From: Desulfobacteraceae bacterium
GTDB lineage: Bacteria; Desulfobacterota; Desulfobacteria; Desulfobacterales; SKZT01
Reading direction: 5' to 3'
DNA: 55,854 bases
Assembly (NCBI GenBank): GCA_007127235.1
Contig: SKZT01000106.1
Coordinates: forward strand, 1 to 55,854
Shown here: piece after piece, positions 8,064 through 18,067 of the stretch
How positions within the stretch are numbered: position 1 is the stretch's first letter
Layout of the letters: each line of letters starts with the position of its first letter
Made by a program: the position numbers and the translations under genes
Notes under the pieces: generated by a model
Databases searched by the model: none
What the model saw: only the letters and a program-made list of their open reading frames with translations
What the model was told of the DNA's origin: nothing

Positions 8064-8460
8064 CAGTAAAGGAATGTATAACAAAAATCTGGTTATTGCG
8101 GGCATAGTGATTTTTGTAATTCTGGCCGCATTTCCTTTCTGGTTCAACGTTGGTAGATCCGCGCCGGCTCCTGAAATTATTCTGACCGAAAAAGCCATTG
8201 CTGCAGAAGATTGTGTTCGTGATAAAGAATACATGACATTAGAGCATATGCAGCTTTTGGATGTTTGGCGGGACGCTGTGGTGCGGGATGGAAAAAGGAT
8301 ATATGTAAATCCCAAAGGGGTAGAGTTTAACATGAGCCTTTCGAATACATGTTTGGATTGCCATTCCAATAAAGAAGAATTTTGCGACAGGTGCCATGAT
8401 TATACTTCGGTATCCCCTTACTGCTGGGATTGCCATATTGATAACCCTCAAGGAGATTAG
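8047..8460 (+). CDS. dsrJ: DsrJ, periplasmic trihaem cytochrome c
   Basis: N-terminal anchor helix, three CxxCH motifs (CLDCH, CDRCH, CWDCH) and an upstream conserved Cys (EDCVRD). Confidence 0.9.
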   Translation: MKMPNNSKGMYNKNLVIAGIVIFVILAAFPFWFNVGRSAPAPEIILTEKAIAAEDCVRDKEYMTLEHMQLLDVWRDAVVRDGKRIYVNPKGVEFNMSLSNTCLDCHSNKEEFCDRCHDYTSVSPYCWDCHIDNPQGD

Positions 8461-8463
8461 AGA

Positions 8464-9258
8464 ATGAAGAGCAGTAGACGGAACTTTCTCAAAATTGCGG
8501 GGATTGCGGCGCTCGGTGTCGGTGCAAAGCCAGTATTTGATACTTTTGCAGCCGTCGGAGGGCATGGTCCCACAGAGCCGGCGCCTATTTTTAAAAGCAG
8601 TGAAGAGGCTCTGACTGCAAACCATTGGGCTATGGTTGTCGATACCCGGAAAATTAGATCAGAAAGAGATGTGGCACCTTTATTTAGAGCATGCCACCAG
8701 GTCCACAATGTGCCGGACATGCCGCTGAAAAGGCATGAAATAAAATGGATTTGGGCCGAGAGTTTTCATCATGCATTTCCGGATCTCCATAGTGAGTTAA
8801 TTTCTGATAAGATAGCTCGTACCCCCTTTCCAGTGCTGTGCAACCATTGTGAGAACCCTCCCTGTGTCAGGGTCTGCCCTACCAAAGCGACCTTTAAACG
8901 GGAAAGTGATGGCATTGTTGTTATGGACTATCATCGGTGCATTGGGTGTCGATTCTGTCTGGCAGCTTGTCCCTACGGAGCCAGGAGCTTTAATTTTTTC
9001 AACCCCGATGACTACATCAAGGAAGTCAATCTTAAGTTTGCTAAAAGAACAAAAGGAGTTGTTGAAAAATGCAACTTCTGTGAAGAGAGGTTAGCGGAGG
9101 GAATTATACCTGCTTGCGTGGAGGTCTCAAATGGCATCCTGACGTTCGGAGATCTTCGGGATTCGAGATCTTCAGTCAGAAAGCTCATTGCTGAAAACTT
9201 TACTATCCGGCGCAAGGTTCACTTGGGCACCAGCCCGGCAGTTTACTATATAGTGTGA
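8464..9258 (+). CDS. dsrO: DsrO, periplasmic 4Fe-4S ferredoxin subunit (Tat-exported)
   Basis: Twin-arginine signal SRRNFLK. Cluster motifs CNHCENPPCVRVCP, CIGCRFCLAACP and CNFCEERL. Confidence 0.9.
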   Translation: MKSSRRNFLKIAGIAALGVGAKPVFDTFAAVGGHGPTEPAPIFKSSEEALTANHWAMVVDTRKIRSERDVAPLFRACHQVHNVPDMPLKRHEIKWIWAESFHHAFPDLHSELISDKIARTPFPVLCNHCENPPCVRVCPTKATFKRESDGIVVMDYHRCIGCRFCLAACPYGARSFNFFNPDDYIKEVNLKFAKRTKGVVEKCNFCEERLAEGIIPACVEVSNGILTFGDLRDSRSSVRKLIAENFTIRRKVHLGTSPAVYYIV

Positions 9259-9259
9259 G

Positions 9260-10423
9260 GTGGTTATGCTAGAAAAGGCATTTAAAGGATCTAAGTTGTA
9301 TTATGGTTGGATGCTTGGCCTGCTTACGATTATTGGCATAAGTTTCGGCTTTTATTTGTGGCAGTTCAATGCCGGTCTTGGTATCACCGGTCTGAGCCGG
9401 GATGTCTCCTGGGGTTTTTATATCGCTCAATTTACCTTCCTTGTGGGGGTTGCCGCATCTGCGGTAATGGTGGTTCTTCCATATTATTTGCATGATTACA
9501 AGGCTTTTGGAAGAATTACCATCATGGGGGAATTTCTTGCCGTATCCGCAGTGACCATGTGTTTGCTTTTCATTATTGTGGATTTAGGCCAGCCCATTCG
9601 TGCATTGAATGTTTTGCTCTATCCGTCACCCGGCTCAATCTTGTTCTGGGATATGATTGTGTTAAACGGCTACCTGCTGCTGAATATTGTCATTGGCTGG
9701 AAAGTGCTGGAAGCTGAAAGGCACAATGTTCATTATCCCATGTGGGTCAAACCCCTTATTTACCTGTCAATCCCGTGGGCTGTCAGCATTCACACCGTCA
9801 CCGCTTTCCTGTACTGTGGTCTTCCCGGAAGAGGTTTCTGGATGACCGCCATTATTGCTCCACGGTTTTTGTCATCCGCTTTTGCCGCGGGACCTGCCCT
9901 TCTGATTCTTCTTTGCTTGTTTGTGAGAAAAATCAGTAAGTTCGATCCCGGCTGGGAACAGATTCAGACATTGGCAAAAATTGTGACGTATGCAATTATT
10001 TTGAACGTATTTTTCCTACTTTGTGAAATATTTGTTGTATTCTATGCCCAGATACCCGAGCATATGGATCATTTCAAGTATCTGTTTGTAGGACTTCAAG
10101 GGAAAGGGGCTCTTGTTCCCTTCATGTGGACATCCATGATTTTGATGGTTTTGGCCATCGCTTTGCTGATTCCTTCACAGTTCAGACAAAATGAGACGGT
10201 TTTACTCATTGCCTGTCTCGCCGTATTCGTTGGTACATGGATTGACAAAGGGCTTGGGTTTATTTCAGGGGGTTTTACACCTAATCCGCTTCATGTTGTA
10301 AATGAATACCTACCCACTGGACCTGAGCTAATGATTTCTCTGGGTGTATATGCTACAGGAGTCTTCATTTTATCGGTGCTCTTTAAAATTGCACTCACTA
10401 TTAAAGAAGAGCTTTATGCTTAA
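9260..10423 (+). CDS. dsrP: DsrP, NrfD/PsrC-family integral membrane quinone-interacting subunit
   Basis: 387-aa protein with about 10 TM helices, last gene of the dsrMKJOP set. Confidence 0.9.
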   Translation: MVMLEKAFKGSKLYYGWMLGLLTIIGISFGFYLWQFNAGLGITGLSRDVSWGFYIAQFTFLVGVAASAVMVVLPYYLHDYKAFGRITIMGEFLAVSAVTMCLLFIIVDLGQPIRALNVLLYPSPGSILFWDMIVLNGYLLLNIVIGWKVLEAERHNVHYPMWVKPLIYLSIPWAVSIHTVTAFLYCGLPGRGFWMTAIIAPRFLSSAFAAGPALLILLCLFVRKISKFDPGWEQIQTLAKIVTYAIILNVFFLLCEIFVVFYAQIPEHMDHFKYLFVGLQGKGALVPFMWTSMILMVLAIALLIPSQFRQNETVLLIACLAVFVGTWIDKGLGFISGGFTPNPLHVVNEYLPTGPELMISLGVYATGVFILSVLFKIALTIKEELYA

Positions 10424-10527
10424 ATATATCAGTATTGATATAAGATTTATTTTAATGCATGAATGCGCAAGCATTTGGTTTAATAGGATACGGTAAATAA
10501 AAGCATAATTTTTGAATCATTAAAAAA

Positions 10528-10557
10528 AGGCTCATTGATAATAATGAGCCTTTTTTT
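10528..10557 (+). terminator. Rho-independent terminator after dsrP
   Basis: AGGCTCATT (10528-10536) pairs with AATGAGCCT (10543-10551) and is followed by a T7 run. It is preceded by an A-run. Confidence 0.7.
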
Positions 10558-10617
10558 GTTTGACGTTACATCTGTAATGAGATCATAACAAGTCATTCGA
10601 AAAACAAGGAGAACCTT

Positions 10618-11478
10618 TTGACTGTGAAACGAATCGGGTTGTTTATCAAAAATGAGTTAAAGGCCCAAAAAAAAGCTGATGAATTAGAAAGTTGGCTGAA
10701 AAAAAAAGGTTTCGACGTTCTCAGAAAAGAGGGATGGCCCTCAAGCTTGAACATTGTCGGGGAAACTGTAGAGACAGCACCTACTGACCTGCTATTTATT
10801 TTTGTTCTGGGAGGAGATGGTACATTTTTGAGTGCAGTTCGCTGGATAGGCGATCAGTCCATTCCCATTCTTGGAGTTAAATTCGGTGAAGTTGGCTTTT
10901 TGGCTGAAATTGCCGAGGAAAACCTGTTTTCGGTTGCCGAAAAAATTATTGACTGTGAATTTGCAACCACCCCCCGGATGCGACTTCAGGTGGAATTGGT
11001 GCGTGGAGGTAAGGTTTTTGTTCGTGAAACGGTTCTAAATGATGTGGTCATCAATAAGGGTGCGTTGGCCAGGTTGGCCCATATCCGAACTTACATCAAT
11101 GGTCAGTACCTGACCACATACAAAGCCGACGGACTCATTGTGTCGACGCCTACCGGCTCAACAGCATATTCCCTGGCTGCCGGCGGACCGATTCTTCACC
11201 CCGAAGTACCCGGGGTCATTATGACCCCGATTTCTCCTTTTACCCTTACCAACAGACCTCTGATTATTCCGGATACGGCTTGCATAACCATCAGGCTGGA
11301 GGAAAAAGCTAGAGACATCCTGCTTACTTTCGATGGCCAAGCAGGCTTGGAGATTGACCAAAAGGATATCATCATCGTTCGAAAAGGAAAATATCCCACG
11401 CATATGATTACATTCTCGAAGCATGAATATTTCGATGTTTTAAAAACCAAACTCAGGTGGAGTGGCGGCAAGATTTGA
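10618..11478 (+). CDS. nadK: NAD(+) kinase
   Basis: GGDGTFL motif and the ADGLIVSTPTGSTAYSLAAGGPI motif. TTG start preceded by AAGGAG. Confidence 0.9.
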   Translation: MTVKRIGLFIKNELKAQKKADELESWLKKKGFDVLRKEGWPSSLNIVGETVETAPTDLLFIFVLGGDGTFLSAVRWIGDQSIPILGVKFGEVGFLAEIAEENLFSVAEKIIDCEFATTPRMRLQVELVRGGKVFVRETVLNDVVINKGALARLAHIRTYINGQYLTTYKADGLIVSTPTGSTAYSLAAGGPILHPEVPGVIMTPISPFTLTNRPLIIPDTACITIRLEEKARDILLTFDGQAGLEIDQKDIIIVRKGKYPTHMITFSKHEYFDVLKTKLRWSGGKI

Positions 11479-11483
11479 TTGAC

Positions 11484-11978
11484 CTACATTTCATAAAGGG
11501 TTTCATCCCGTTGGGGCGGGTTGTGAAAGGGCTTTTGTAGGGCCTTTTTTTTCCCGGGGATGATAAAGGGATCTTCATTATCAAGCATGTCTCCCATTTC
11601 TGCTTCCAGTTGATCAGGATCCTCTCCTTTTTCCATGCGTTCAAGGGCTTCGGACATTCCCGCTCCCATTTCAAGACCTGTCATATCTGAAAGTTTGCGC
11701 ATCAAACGGGCTGCCTGCCGCGGGTCTTCCTCATTGATACTTTCAACTTCTTTGGCAAGGGTTTGCAAGGCCTTTTCCATCTTGGCATCATCGAATGGCA
11801 AATTATCCATGTCCTCATTTTCTTTTGCCCGTCCGGTTACTGTGAACAGTGATAATTTTCGGGACAGCCGCCTATGTCCGCATCTTGGGCAGACCGGGCA
11901 AGTGGTGGTGTTGATGGTTTTTGAAAAAAAGTTGAAAATAACATTGCAGTCCTGACAGAAAAATTCGTAAATAGGCAT
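11484..11978 (-). CDS. FmdB-family zinc-ribbon protein with a long acidic C-terminal extension
   Basis: MPIYEFFCQDC...CPVCPRCG, i.e. CxxC-N-CxxC, followed by a D/E-rich tail. Confidence 0.7.
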   Translation of the reverse strand: MPIYEFFCQDCNVIFNFFSKTINTTTCPVCPRCGHRRLSRKLSLFTVTGRAKENEDMDNLPFDDAKMEKALQTLAKEVESINEEDPRQAARLMRKLSDMTGLEMGAGMSEALERMEKGEDPDQLEAEMGDMLDNEDPFIIPGKKKALQKPFHNPPQRDETLYEM

Positions 11979-12088
11979 TGTGATTTCCTTGTGTTTGGGT
12001 TATCAGATCGGATAAGGTTGTTTGTCATTTCAGCTACGGAACATGACATAAAAATTTTATACCCAATTTGATTTAATTTTTCAATATT

Positions 12089-12886
12089 GTGTTTCAAATG
12101 ATGGAAATAATTCGAAAAGTTTATGTGAGTGCGCCTTTTGGGCTTTTGATCGAAAAATACCTGAAACGCTTTATCCGTGAGGGTATTAATCCTGAAATCG
12201 GTCTGGATACCGAAGTCTTGGATCGGTATTCAGCCGATGACTTTTTACAAGCTGCAAAGAAACTTCATGCGAAAAACCTGAGTGTCAATTTTCATGGGCC
12301 TTTTAACGACCTTTCACCGGGTACTTTGGATCCATTGATCCGGAATGTAACCCGTTACCGATATGAACAGGTGCTCAGACTTGTGCCTGTATTCAGGCCC
12401 AGGACACTGGTGTGCCATGCGGGTTATGATTGGAAAAGGTACAATTTCTATCGCGAAGAATGGATCGAAAAGAGCATTGAAATGTGGTCCTGGCTGGCAA
12501 CTCGCCTTGAAGACGAGGGCACTGTGCTGACCCTTGAAAATGTTTATGAATATTGCCCGGAAGATATAGAAATCATCTTTAAGGAAATGGCGGGGAAAAA
12601 TGTTGGATTTTGTTTTGACATCGGCCATCAATCTACCTTCAGCCGAACATCTGTACAACACTGGATTGAAGTCTTAAGTCCCTACCTTCACCAGCTACAT
12701 ATCCATGACAATGATGGCACACAGGATCAGCATAAGGCCCTGGGCAAAGGTTCCATCGATTTTTTATCATTTTTTAGACAGCTTAAAAGCCTTCGGGAGA
12801 CTCCCCCTGTGGTTACACTGGAACCTCATCGGGAAGAAGATCTTGTACCCAGCCTTGAATATCTGGAAAATATCTGGCCCTGGTAG
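12089..12886 (+). CDS. Xylose-isomerase-like TIM-barrel / AP-endonuclease-2 superfamily protein (possibly CbiR-like phosphodiesterase)
   Basis: Metal-ligand-type motifs HGPF, LENV, FDIGH and HIHDN. The start is uncertain: GTG at 12089 or ATG at 12098/12101. Confidence 0.75.
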   Translation: MFQMMEIIRKVYVSAPFGLLIEKYLKRFIREGINPEIGLDTEVLDRYSADDFLQAAKKLHAKNLSVNFHGPFNDLSPGTLDPLIRNVTRYRYEQVLRLVPVFRPRTLVCHAGYDWKRYNFYREEWIEKSIEMWSWLATRLEDEGTVLTLENVYEYCPEDIEIIFKEMAGKNVGFCFDIGHQSTFSRTSVQHWIEVLSPYLHQLHIHDNDGTQDQHKALGKGSIDFLSFFRQLKSLRETPPVVTLEPHREEDLVPSLEYLENIWPW

Positions 12887-12914
12887 TTAGTGCCTGTCCG
12901 GAAACTCCTCTCCC

Positions 12915-12937
12915 TCTGGGAGGGGCTGGGGGAGGGA
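12915..12937. repeat. G-rich 23-nt dispersed repeat, copy 1, inside an imperfect hairpin between convergent genes
   Basis: TCTGGGAGGGGCTGGGGGAGGGA is identical to 39770-39792. Here it is flanked by the partly complementary CTCCTCTCCCTC. Confidence 0.6.
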
Positions 12938-12971
12938 GCATAGGAATTTTCGGAAAGGCATTAGTTATCTT

Positions 12972-13802
12972 TCAAGGCTGATTATTGACCCCTACCTGAA
13001 ATATTGTTCCGCAACAGTTCTGAGTGGCAGCGAAAAGTTTTGTACTGCTTTGCTGAAGCGCCAGACCGACTTCGGCTAAGGCTTTTTCAGGAGTGTTATT
13101 GGTCTCGCTCAGGTGGGCGAGGATCACATGGGTGAGATTTTCGTGGAGAAGTTCTTTTAACAGCATTCCTGACTCATTATTGGACAAATGGCCGGTCCTT
13201 CCTTTGACGCGCTGTTTCAATGGCCATGGATAGGGGCCCTTGATAAGCATGGATGGATCATGGTTTGCTTCTATAATCAGAGCGTTACATCCTTTAAGGT
13301 GTGATTTTACCATTGAAGTGGCAATGCCTAAATCCGTGGCGATGCCGATTTTGACGTGGCCATTTGAAAACGTGAATCCTGTGGGATCGGCTGCATCATG
13401 AGACAGAGAAAAGGGCCGTACGGTAAGGGTATTGATATTAAAAGCATTTCCACACCGGAAATGAATGGTTTCGGGTATATTGCCCATTATATGCTCCGAA
13501 GCTTTTAGGGTCTCCGCAGATATATAAACAGGAATTTTGTAGCGTCTTGCCAGGATTCCCACACCTTTTATATGATCAGAATGTTCATGGGAAACCAGAA
13601 TGGCGTCAATTTTTTCCATACCTTGTGCTGTGCTTTTCAATCTGCGTTCGATTTCAATGCCGGAAAGTCCTGCATCCAAAAGAATAGATGTTCTGCCATC
13701 TGAGATATGGATGGCATTTCCCTTGCTTCCTGATGCCAGCATGCAGATGGACAGCTTTTCTTCATTTTTGTTTTTCCCGGTGTGCAAAATCTCCTGTTCC
13801 AT
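12972..13802 (-). CDS. MBL-fold metallo-hydrolase
   Basis: HEHSDH metal-binding motif; 276 aa. Confidence 0.85.
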   Translation of the reverse strand: MEQEILHTGKNKNEEKLSICMLASGSKGNAIHISDGRTSILLDAGLSGIEIERRLKSTAQGMEKIDAILVSHEHSDHIKGVGILARRYKIPVYISAETLKASEHIMGNIPETIHFRCGNAFNINTLTVRPFSLSHDAADPTGFTFSNGHVKIGIATDLGIATSMVKSHLKGCNALIIEANHDPSMLIKGPYPWPLKQRVKGRTGHLSNNESGMLLKELLHENLTHVILAHLSETNNTPEKALAEVGLALQQSSTKLFAATQNCCGTIFQVGVNNQP

Positions 13803-14266
13803 CAGATCCCTGTGTGACCGAAACCTCCGGTGTTTCTGTCGGTTTCCTCGAGAGTTTCTACAAGATTGAATTTTGCCTGATATACTTTCTGAACAATCAT
13901 TTGCGCGATACGATCGCCTCGATGGAGATTGAACGGCTTTTTGCTCAGATTGATTAAAGGAATCATGATTTCACCACGATAATCGGCGTCTATTGTGCCT
14001 GGGGAATTGATGAGCCCGATGCCGTATTTGGCTGCCAGGCCGCTGCGAGGGCGGATTTGAACTTCAAATCCCACGGGAATGGCCATGGCAAATCCAGTAG
14101 GGACCATGAATATCTCGCCCGGACCAATGGTATAATGGGTTTCAATGGCCGCACGGATATCCATGCCTGAAGATTGGGGGGTCATGTATTGAGGAAGCGC
14201 AATGTCCTGGTCCTGATGTACTCGCAACCGTTTTATTTTGATCGTAAGCGAAAATTTATTTTTCAT
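13802..14266 (-). CDS. dut: dUTP diphosphatase
   Basis: dUTPase motifs GMDIRA, RPRSGLA, GTIDADYRGE and RGDRIAQ, ending GGFGHTG. Confidence 0.9.
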   Translation of the reverse strand: MKNKFSLTIKIKRLRVHQDQDIALPQYMTPQSSGMDIRAAIETHYTIGPGEIFMVPTGFAMAIPVGFEVQIRPRSGLAAKYGIGLINSPGTIDADYRGEIMIPLINLSKKPFNLHRGDRIAQMIVQKVYQAKFNLVETLEETDRNTGGFGHTGI

Positions 14267-14271
14267 TTATT

Positions 14272-15534
14272 TTACAGGACTAAAAGGTCTTCGTATGGAG
14301 CCTTATCGGTTATTGGCCCAAGGAGTGTAAGAGCTAACTGATCGGCCTTGAACAGCTCGTTTGCCAGATCCTGTATCTCTTCAGGTGTGACCGCATCAAT
14401 ATTTTTGACCACGGATTCGAGAGGAATATACTCGTTATAATGCATCTCATTTTGTGCCAGTCGCACCATCTGGTTGTCAATACTTTCAGATGCCAGAAAT
14501 AGACTTCCTTTAGTAAACTCCTTGGCATCATCAAGCTCGGCTTGATCCACCTGTTTTTCCTTCACTTTTTTCAATTCTTTTAAAACAAGTGCAGTGGCCT
14601 CAACAGCCCGCTTGGGATCAACACCTGCATAGACTCCGAACATTCCGGTGTCCACATGGGGTGATGTAAACGAATATACTGAGTAAGCAAGTCCATGGCG
14701 CTCCCGTATTTCCTGGAATAATCGGGAACTCATGTTCCCTCCCAAAATTGTGTTCATCAGTGAAAAAGCGAATCGTTTTGGATCAGTGATGGACAGTCCC
14801 GGCGTTCCGGCACAGATATGGGTTTGTTCCAGCTGCCGGTAATGGGCTTCCACAAGAGATCGTCCATTCGGCGGAAAACGTTCAGGAAAACCCTCTCCAG
14901 GTTTTATTGAGGAAAGCGCCGGTCCCATGAGTTCTACTAACCGGTTATGCTCGATATTTCCTGCCGCAGAAACCACCATGCGGTCCGGTTGATAAAATCG
15001 GTGAAAAAATCCTTTAAGATGATCCGAGTTGAAGGCTAAAAGCTTTTCCCGGGCCCCCAGTACGGATCTTCCCAAGGGATGATCTCCCCAAAAAGTATTT
15101 CCCGAAAGAATATGAATATGCTCATCGGGTGTGTCTTCAACCATACCGATCTCCTGGAGTATGACCGTGCGTTCTCTTTCAACTTCGGCAGCATCGAATA
15201 CCGAATTTAAAAAAGTGTCCAAAAGAATGTCGGTCATGGTATCCAGATGGGTATCCATGACCTTTGCATAGTAGCAGGTGTTTTCCATGCTGGTAAAAGC
15301 GTTGTTTTGACCACCGATGGCATCAAACTCTTTGGCAATCTGATAAGCAGACCGCCTAAGGGTGCCTTTGAAAATCATGTGCTCGATAAAATGTGACAAG
15401 CCATTTTCAGTAAGGGTTTCATCCCTGGCCCCCGTATTGACCCACATTCCCAGAGAGACACTTCGAACATAGGGAATTTTTTTGGTGACGATTCGAATAC
15501 CGTTTTTAAGAATTGTTTTTTTGATTTTGTTCAT
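14272..15534 (-). CDS. M16-family (pitrilysin-like) zinc peptidase
   Basis: The HxxEH inverted zincin motif appears as [11 protein letters not shown]; 420 aa. Confidence 0.9.
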   Translation of the reverse strand: MNKIKKTILKNGIRIVTKKIPYVRSVSLGMWVNTGARDETLTENGLSHFIEHMIFKGTLRRSAYQIAKEFDAIGGQNNAFTSMENTCYYAKVMDTHLDTMTDILLDTFLNSVFDAAEVERERTVILQEIGMVEDTPDEHIHILSGNTFWGDHPLGRSVLGAREKLLAFNSDHLKGFFHRFYQPDRMVVSAAGNIEHNRLVELMGPALSSIKPGEGFPERFPPNGRSLVEAHYRQLEQTHICAGTPGLSITDPKRFAFSLMNTILGGNMSSRLFQEIRERHGLAYSVYSFTSPHVDTGMFGVYAGVDPKRAVEATALVLKELKKVKEKQVDQAELDDAKEFTKGSLFLASESIDNQMVRLAQNEMHYNEYIPLESVVKNIDAVTPEEIQDLANELFKADQLALTLLGPITDKAPYEDLLVL

Positions 15535-17617
15535 TATTTTCTTCCAGAACCGCCTTGTGACTCAGACGGATTTTTCCATCGCGGCTGATTTCCAACACTT
15601 TAACTTTTAAGTTATCACCTTCTTTAACTACATCGGTGACGTTTTTTACCCGTTTTTGAGCCAGCTGGGAAATATGCACCAACCCATCTGTGCCTGGAAG
15701 TATCTGCACAAAAGCGCCGAAATCTGTAGTTTTAACAACGGTACCTTCATATGTGGCGCCCACCTCCGGCACCCTGGTGATCTCCTGGATACGTTCAAGG
15801 GCGGCATCGGCGTTCTTTTGGGAAGTGGCTGCGATCTTGACGGTACCGTCATCCTGAACTTCGATCTGGGTGTCGGTTTCAGCCTGAAGCGCCCGGATTA
15901 CCTTTCCTCCAGGGCCGATAATTTCCCGAATCTTGTCAGGGTTGACCCTGATAGTGACCACTTTGGGGGCATATTGAGAAATGTCCACCCTGGGTTCCTC
16001 GATGGCGTCGATCATCTTTTTCAGAATATGCAATCGACCTTCACGGGCCTGGTTCAGGGCTTTTTCCAAAACATGGCGCGGAAGTTCATGGATTTTGATG
16101 TCCATTTGGGTTGCAGTAATACCTTCGGATGTTCCTGTGATTTTAAAATCCATGTCACCGACATGGTCTTCATCACCGAGAATGTCCGATAAAACCACCA
16201 CATCGTCATTTTCTTTGACAAGGCCCATGGCGATACCCGATACCGGTGAGCTGATCGGAACACCGGCATCCATCAGGGCCATACTTCCGGCACAAACTGT
16301 TCCCATTGAAGACGAGCCGTTGGATTCGAAAACTTCAGATACCACCCGAATGGTATAGTCGAATGTTTCTTTAGCCGGCATGACCCTTTCAAGAGCCCTC
16401 CTGGACAGTGCCCCATGGCCGATATCCCTTCTGCTGGGCCCGAGCATTCTTTTTACCTCACCTACTGAATAGGGTGGAAAATTATAATGAAGCATAAAAG
16501 GACGAAACTCTTCCCCACTTAACGTTTCCAAGCGTTGTTCATCCGGGCCTGACCCTAAAGTTACCACGCCGAGCACCTGGGTTTCACCCCGTGTAAAAAG
16601 CGCTGAGCCGTGGGTTCTGGGAAGCAGCCCCACCTGACAGGATATGGGACGAACCTCGTCGAATGTCCGCCCATCGATTCGAAGGCCTTCCTTTAAGATA
16701 AGATCCCGGCAAATGCGCTTGTGAATATCATTAAATATGGCGGAAATTTCACCTTTTTGCCCTTCGTATTCTTCCTGAAGGTCTTTTTTGACTTGATCCT
16801 TTAACTCCCTGAGCGCCTTGCTGCGGGCAACCTTTTCGGGAATAACAATGGCTTGTCGGATTGCGGATGCCGCTTTTTCTTCGACGATTTTAACCAGCTG
16901 GGGATCCGATTCAACCGAAACGATTTCTCTTTTGGGTTTTCCAGCAGCTTCTTTCAATTTTTCCTGCAGTTCGATGACCGGCTGAATTTCTTTATGGGCA
17001 AAAAAGATGGCATCTATCATCTCCTTTTCACTGATAAAATCAGCACCGCCTTCCACCATTATTACCCCGGTTTTGGAGCCGGCCACGATGATATTGATAT
17101 CGCTTCTTTCAAGTTCCTCAATGGTGGGATTGGCTTTCAATAAGCCGTCGATCCGGCCTACCCGCACAGCAGCAATGGGACCGGAGAAAGGTATATCCGA
17201 AATTTCCAGTGCAGCAGAAGCTCCGATCATCGCCAGCACATCAGGGTCGTTTTCCTGGTCCATGGACAGCACGGTTGCAATAACCTGGATTTCACAACGA
17301 TAGTCTTTTGGAAAAAGCGGACGAATCGGTCTGTCGATCAGGCGGGAGGTCAGCGTTTCTTTTTCACTGGGTCGTCCTATTTCCCGCCTGAAATAATTAC
17401 CGGGAATTCGCCCGGCTGCATAGATTTTTTCCTGATACTCCACCGAGAGGGGCAGAAAATCAACCCCGGGCCTTTCTTCATGGGATGATACTGCAGTTAC
17501 CAGTATAACTGTTTCGCCATATTGAACAATGACCGATCCGGAGGCCTGTCTGGCAATTTTCCCGGACTGGATGGTCAGGGGATTACCCCCGAACTCCGCC
17601 TTAAACGATATTTCCAT
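15506..17617 (-). CDS. pnp: Polyribonucleotide nucleotidyltransferase (PNPase)
   Basis: 703 aa with two RNase PH domains plus KH and S1 ([28 protein letters not shown]). Confidence 0.97.
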   Translation of the reverse strand: MEISFKAEFGGNPLTIQSGKIARQASGSVIVQYGETVILVTAVSSHEERPGVDFLPLSVEYQEKIYAAGRIPGNYFRREIGRPSEKETLTSRLIDRPIRPLFPKDYRCEIQVIATVLSMDQENDPDVLAMIGASAALEISDIPFSGPIAAVRVGRIDGLLKANPTIEELERSDINIIVAGSKTGVIMVEGGADFISEKEMIDAIFFAHKEIQPVIELQEKLKEAAGKPKREIVSVESDPQLVKIVEEKAASAIRQAIVIPEKVARSKALRELKDQVKKDLQEEYEGQKGEISAIFNDIHKRICRDLILKEGLRIDGRTFDEVRPISCQVGLLPRTHGSALFTRGETQVLGVVTLGSGPDEQRLETLSGEEFRPFMLHYNFPPYSVGEVKRMLGPSRRDIGHGALSRRALERVMPAKETFDYTIRVVSEVFESNGSSSMGTVCAGSMALMDAGVPISSPVSGIAMGLVKENDDVVVLSDILGDEDHVGDMDFKITGTSEGITATQMDIKIHELPRHVLEKALNQAREGRLHILKKMIDAIEEPRVDISQYAPKVVTIRVNPDKIREIIGPGGKVIRALQAETDTQIEVQDDGTVKIAATSQKNADAALERIQEITRVPEVGATYEGTVVKTTDFGAFVQILPGTDGLVHISQLAQKRVKNVTDVVKEGDNLKVKVLEISRDGKIRLSHKAVLEENNEQNQKNNS

Positions 17618-17733
17618 TTTTATCTCCTAAAAAATCCGACACTCTATGTCTTTCCGCCGGAACTCCTGTACCCCTCATTATGAGAGACAATTTAAGGCCG
17701 CCCGAAAAGAAATGATTAGAAGTCCTTTTCATT

Positions 17734-18003
17734 TTATCTTCGCAGTCCCAGTACTTCGATGATGCTCCGATATCTTTGGACATCTTTGTTTTTTACATAA
17801 TTAAGCAGGCTCCGGCGTTTGCCGACCAGCATTAACAATCCACGACGAGAATGATGGTCTTTTTTGTGTGTTTTTAAATGCTCGGTCAGATAAGAAATTC
17901 GTCTTGTGAGAAGCGCTACCTGAACTTCGGGGGACCCGGTATCACTTTCGTGTAACTTGTGCTGCTCGATAATTGCCTTTTTGTCTGAATTTGAAAGTAC
18001 CAC
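17734..18003 (-). CDS. rpsO: 30S ribosomal protein S15
   Basis: 89 aa with [35 protein letters not shown]. Confidence 0.97.
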   Translation of the reverse strand: MVLSNSDKKAIIEQHKLHESDTGSPEVQVALLTRRISYLTEHLKTHKKDHHSRRGLLMLVGKRRSLLNYVKNKDVQRYRSIIEVLGLRR

Positions 18004-18067
18004 TTTTCTTTATACCTCCTGTTTTTATTTTTTAAAGCACAACTTTATACAAATTCCAATATCCATA

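Noticed and set aside
17618-17733. rpsO-pnp intergenic leader as a novel element
   Set aside because: It contains small hairpins (CUCUC-AUAAU-GAGGG; GACA-UAGAG-UGUC followed by a U-run) before the pnp Shine-Dalgarno. This is consistent with the well-known rpsO terminator and pnp autoregulatory leader, and I saw nothing beyond that.
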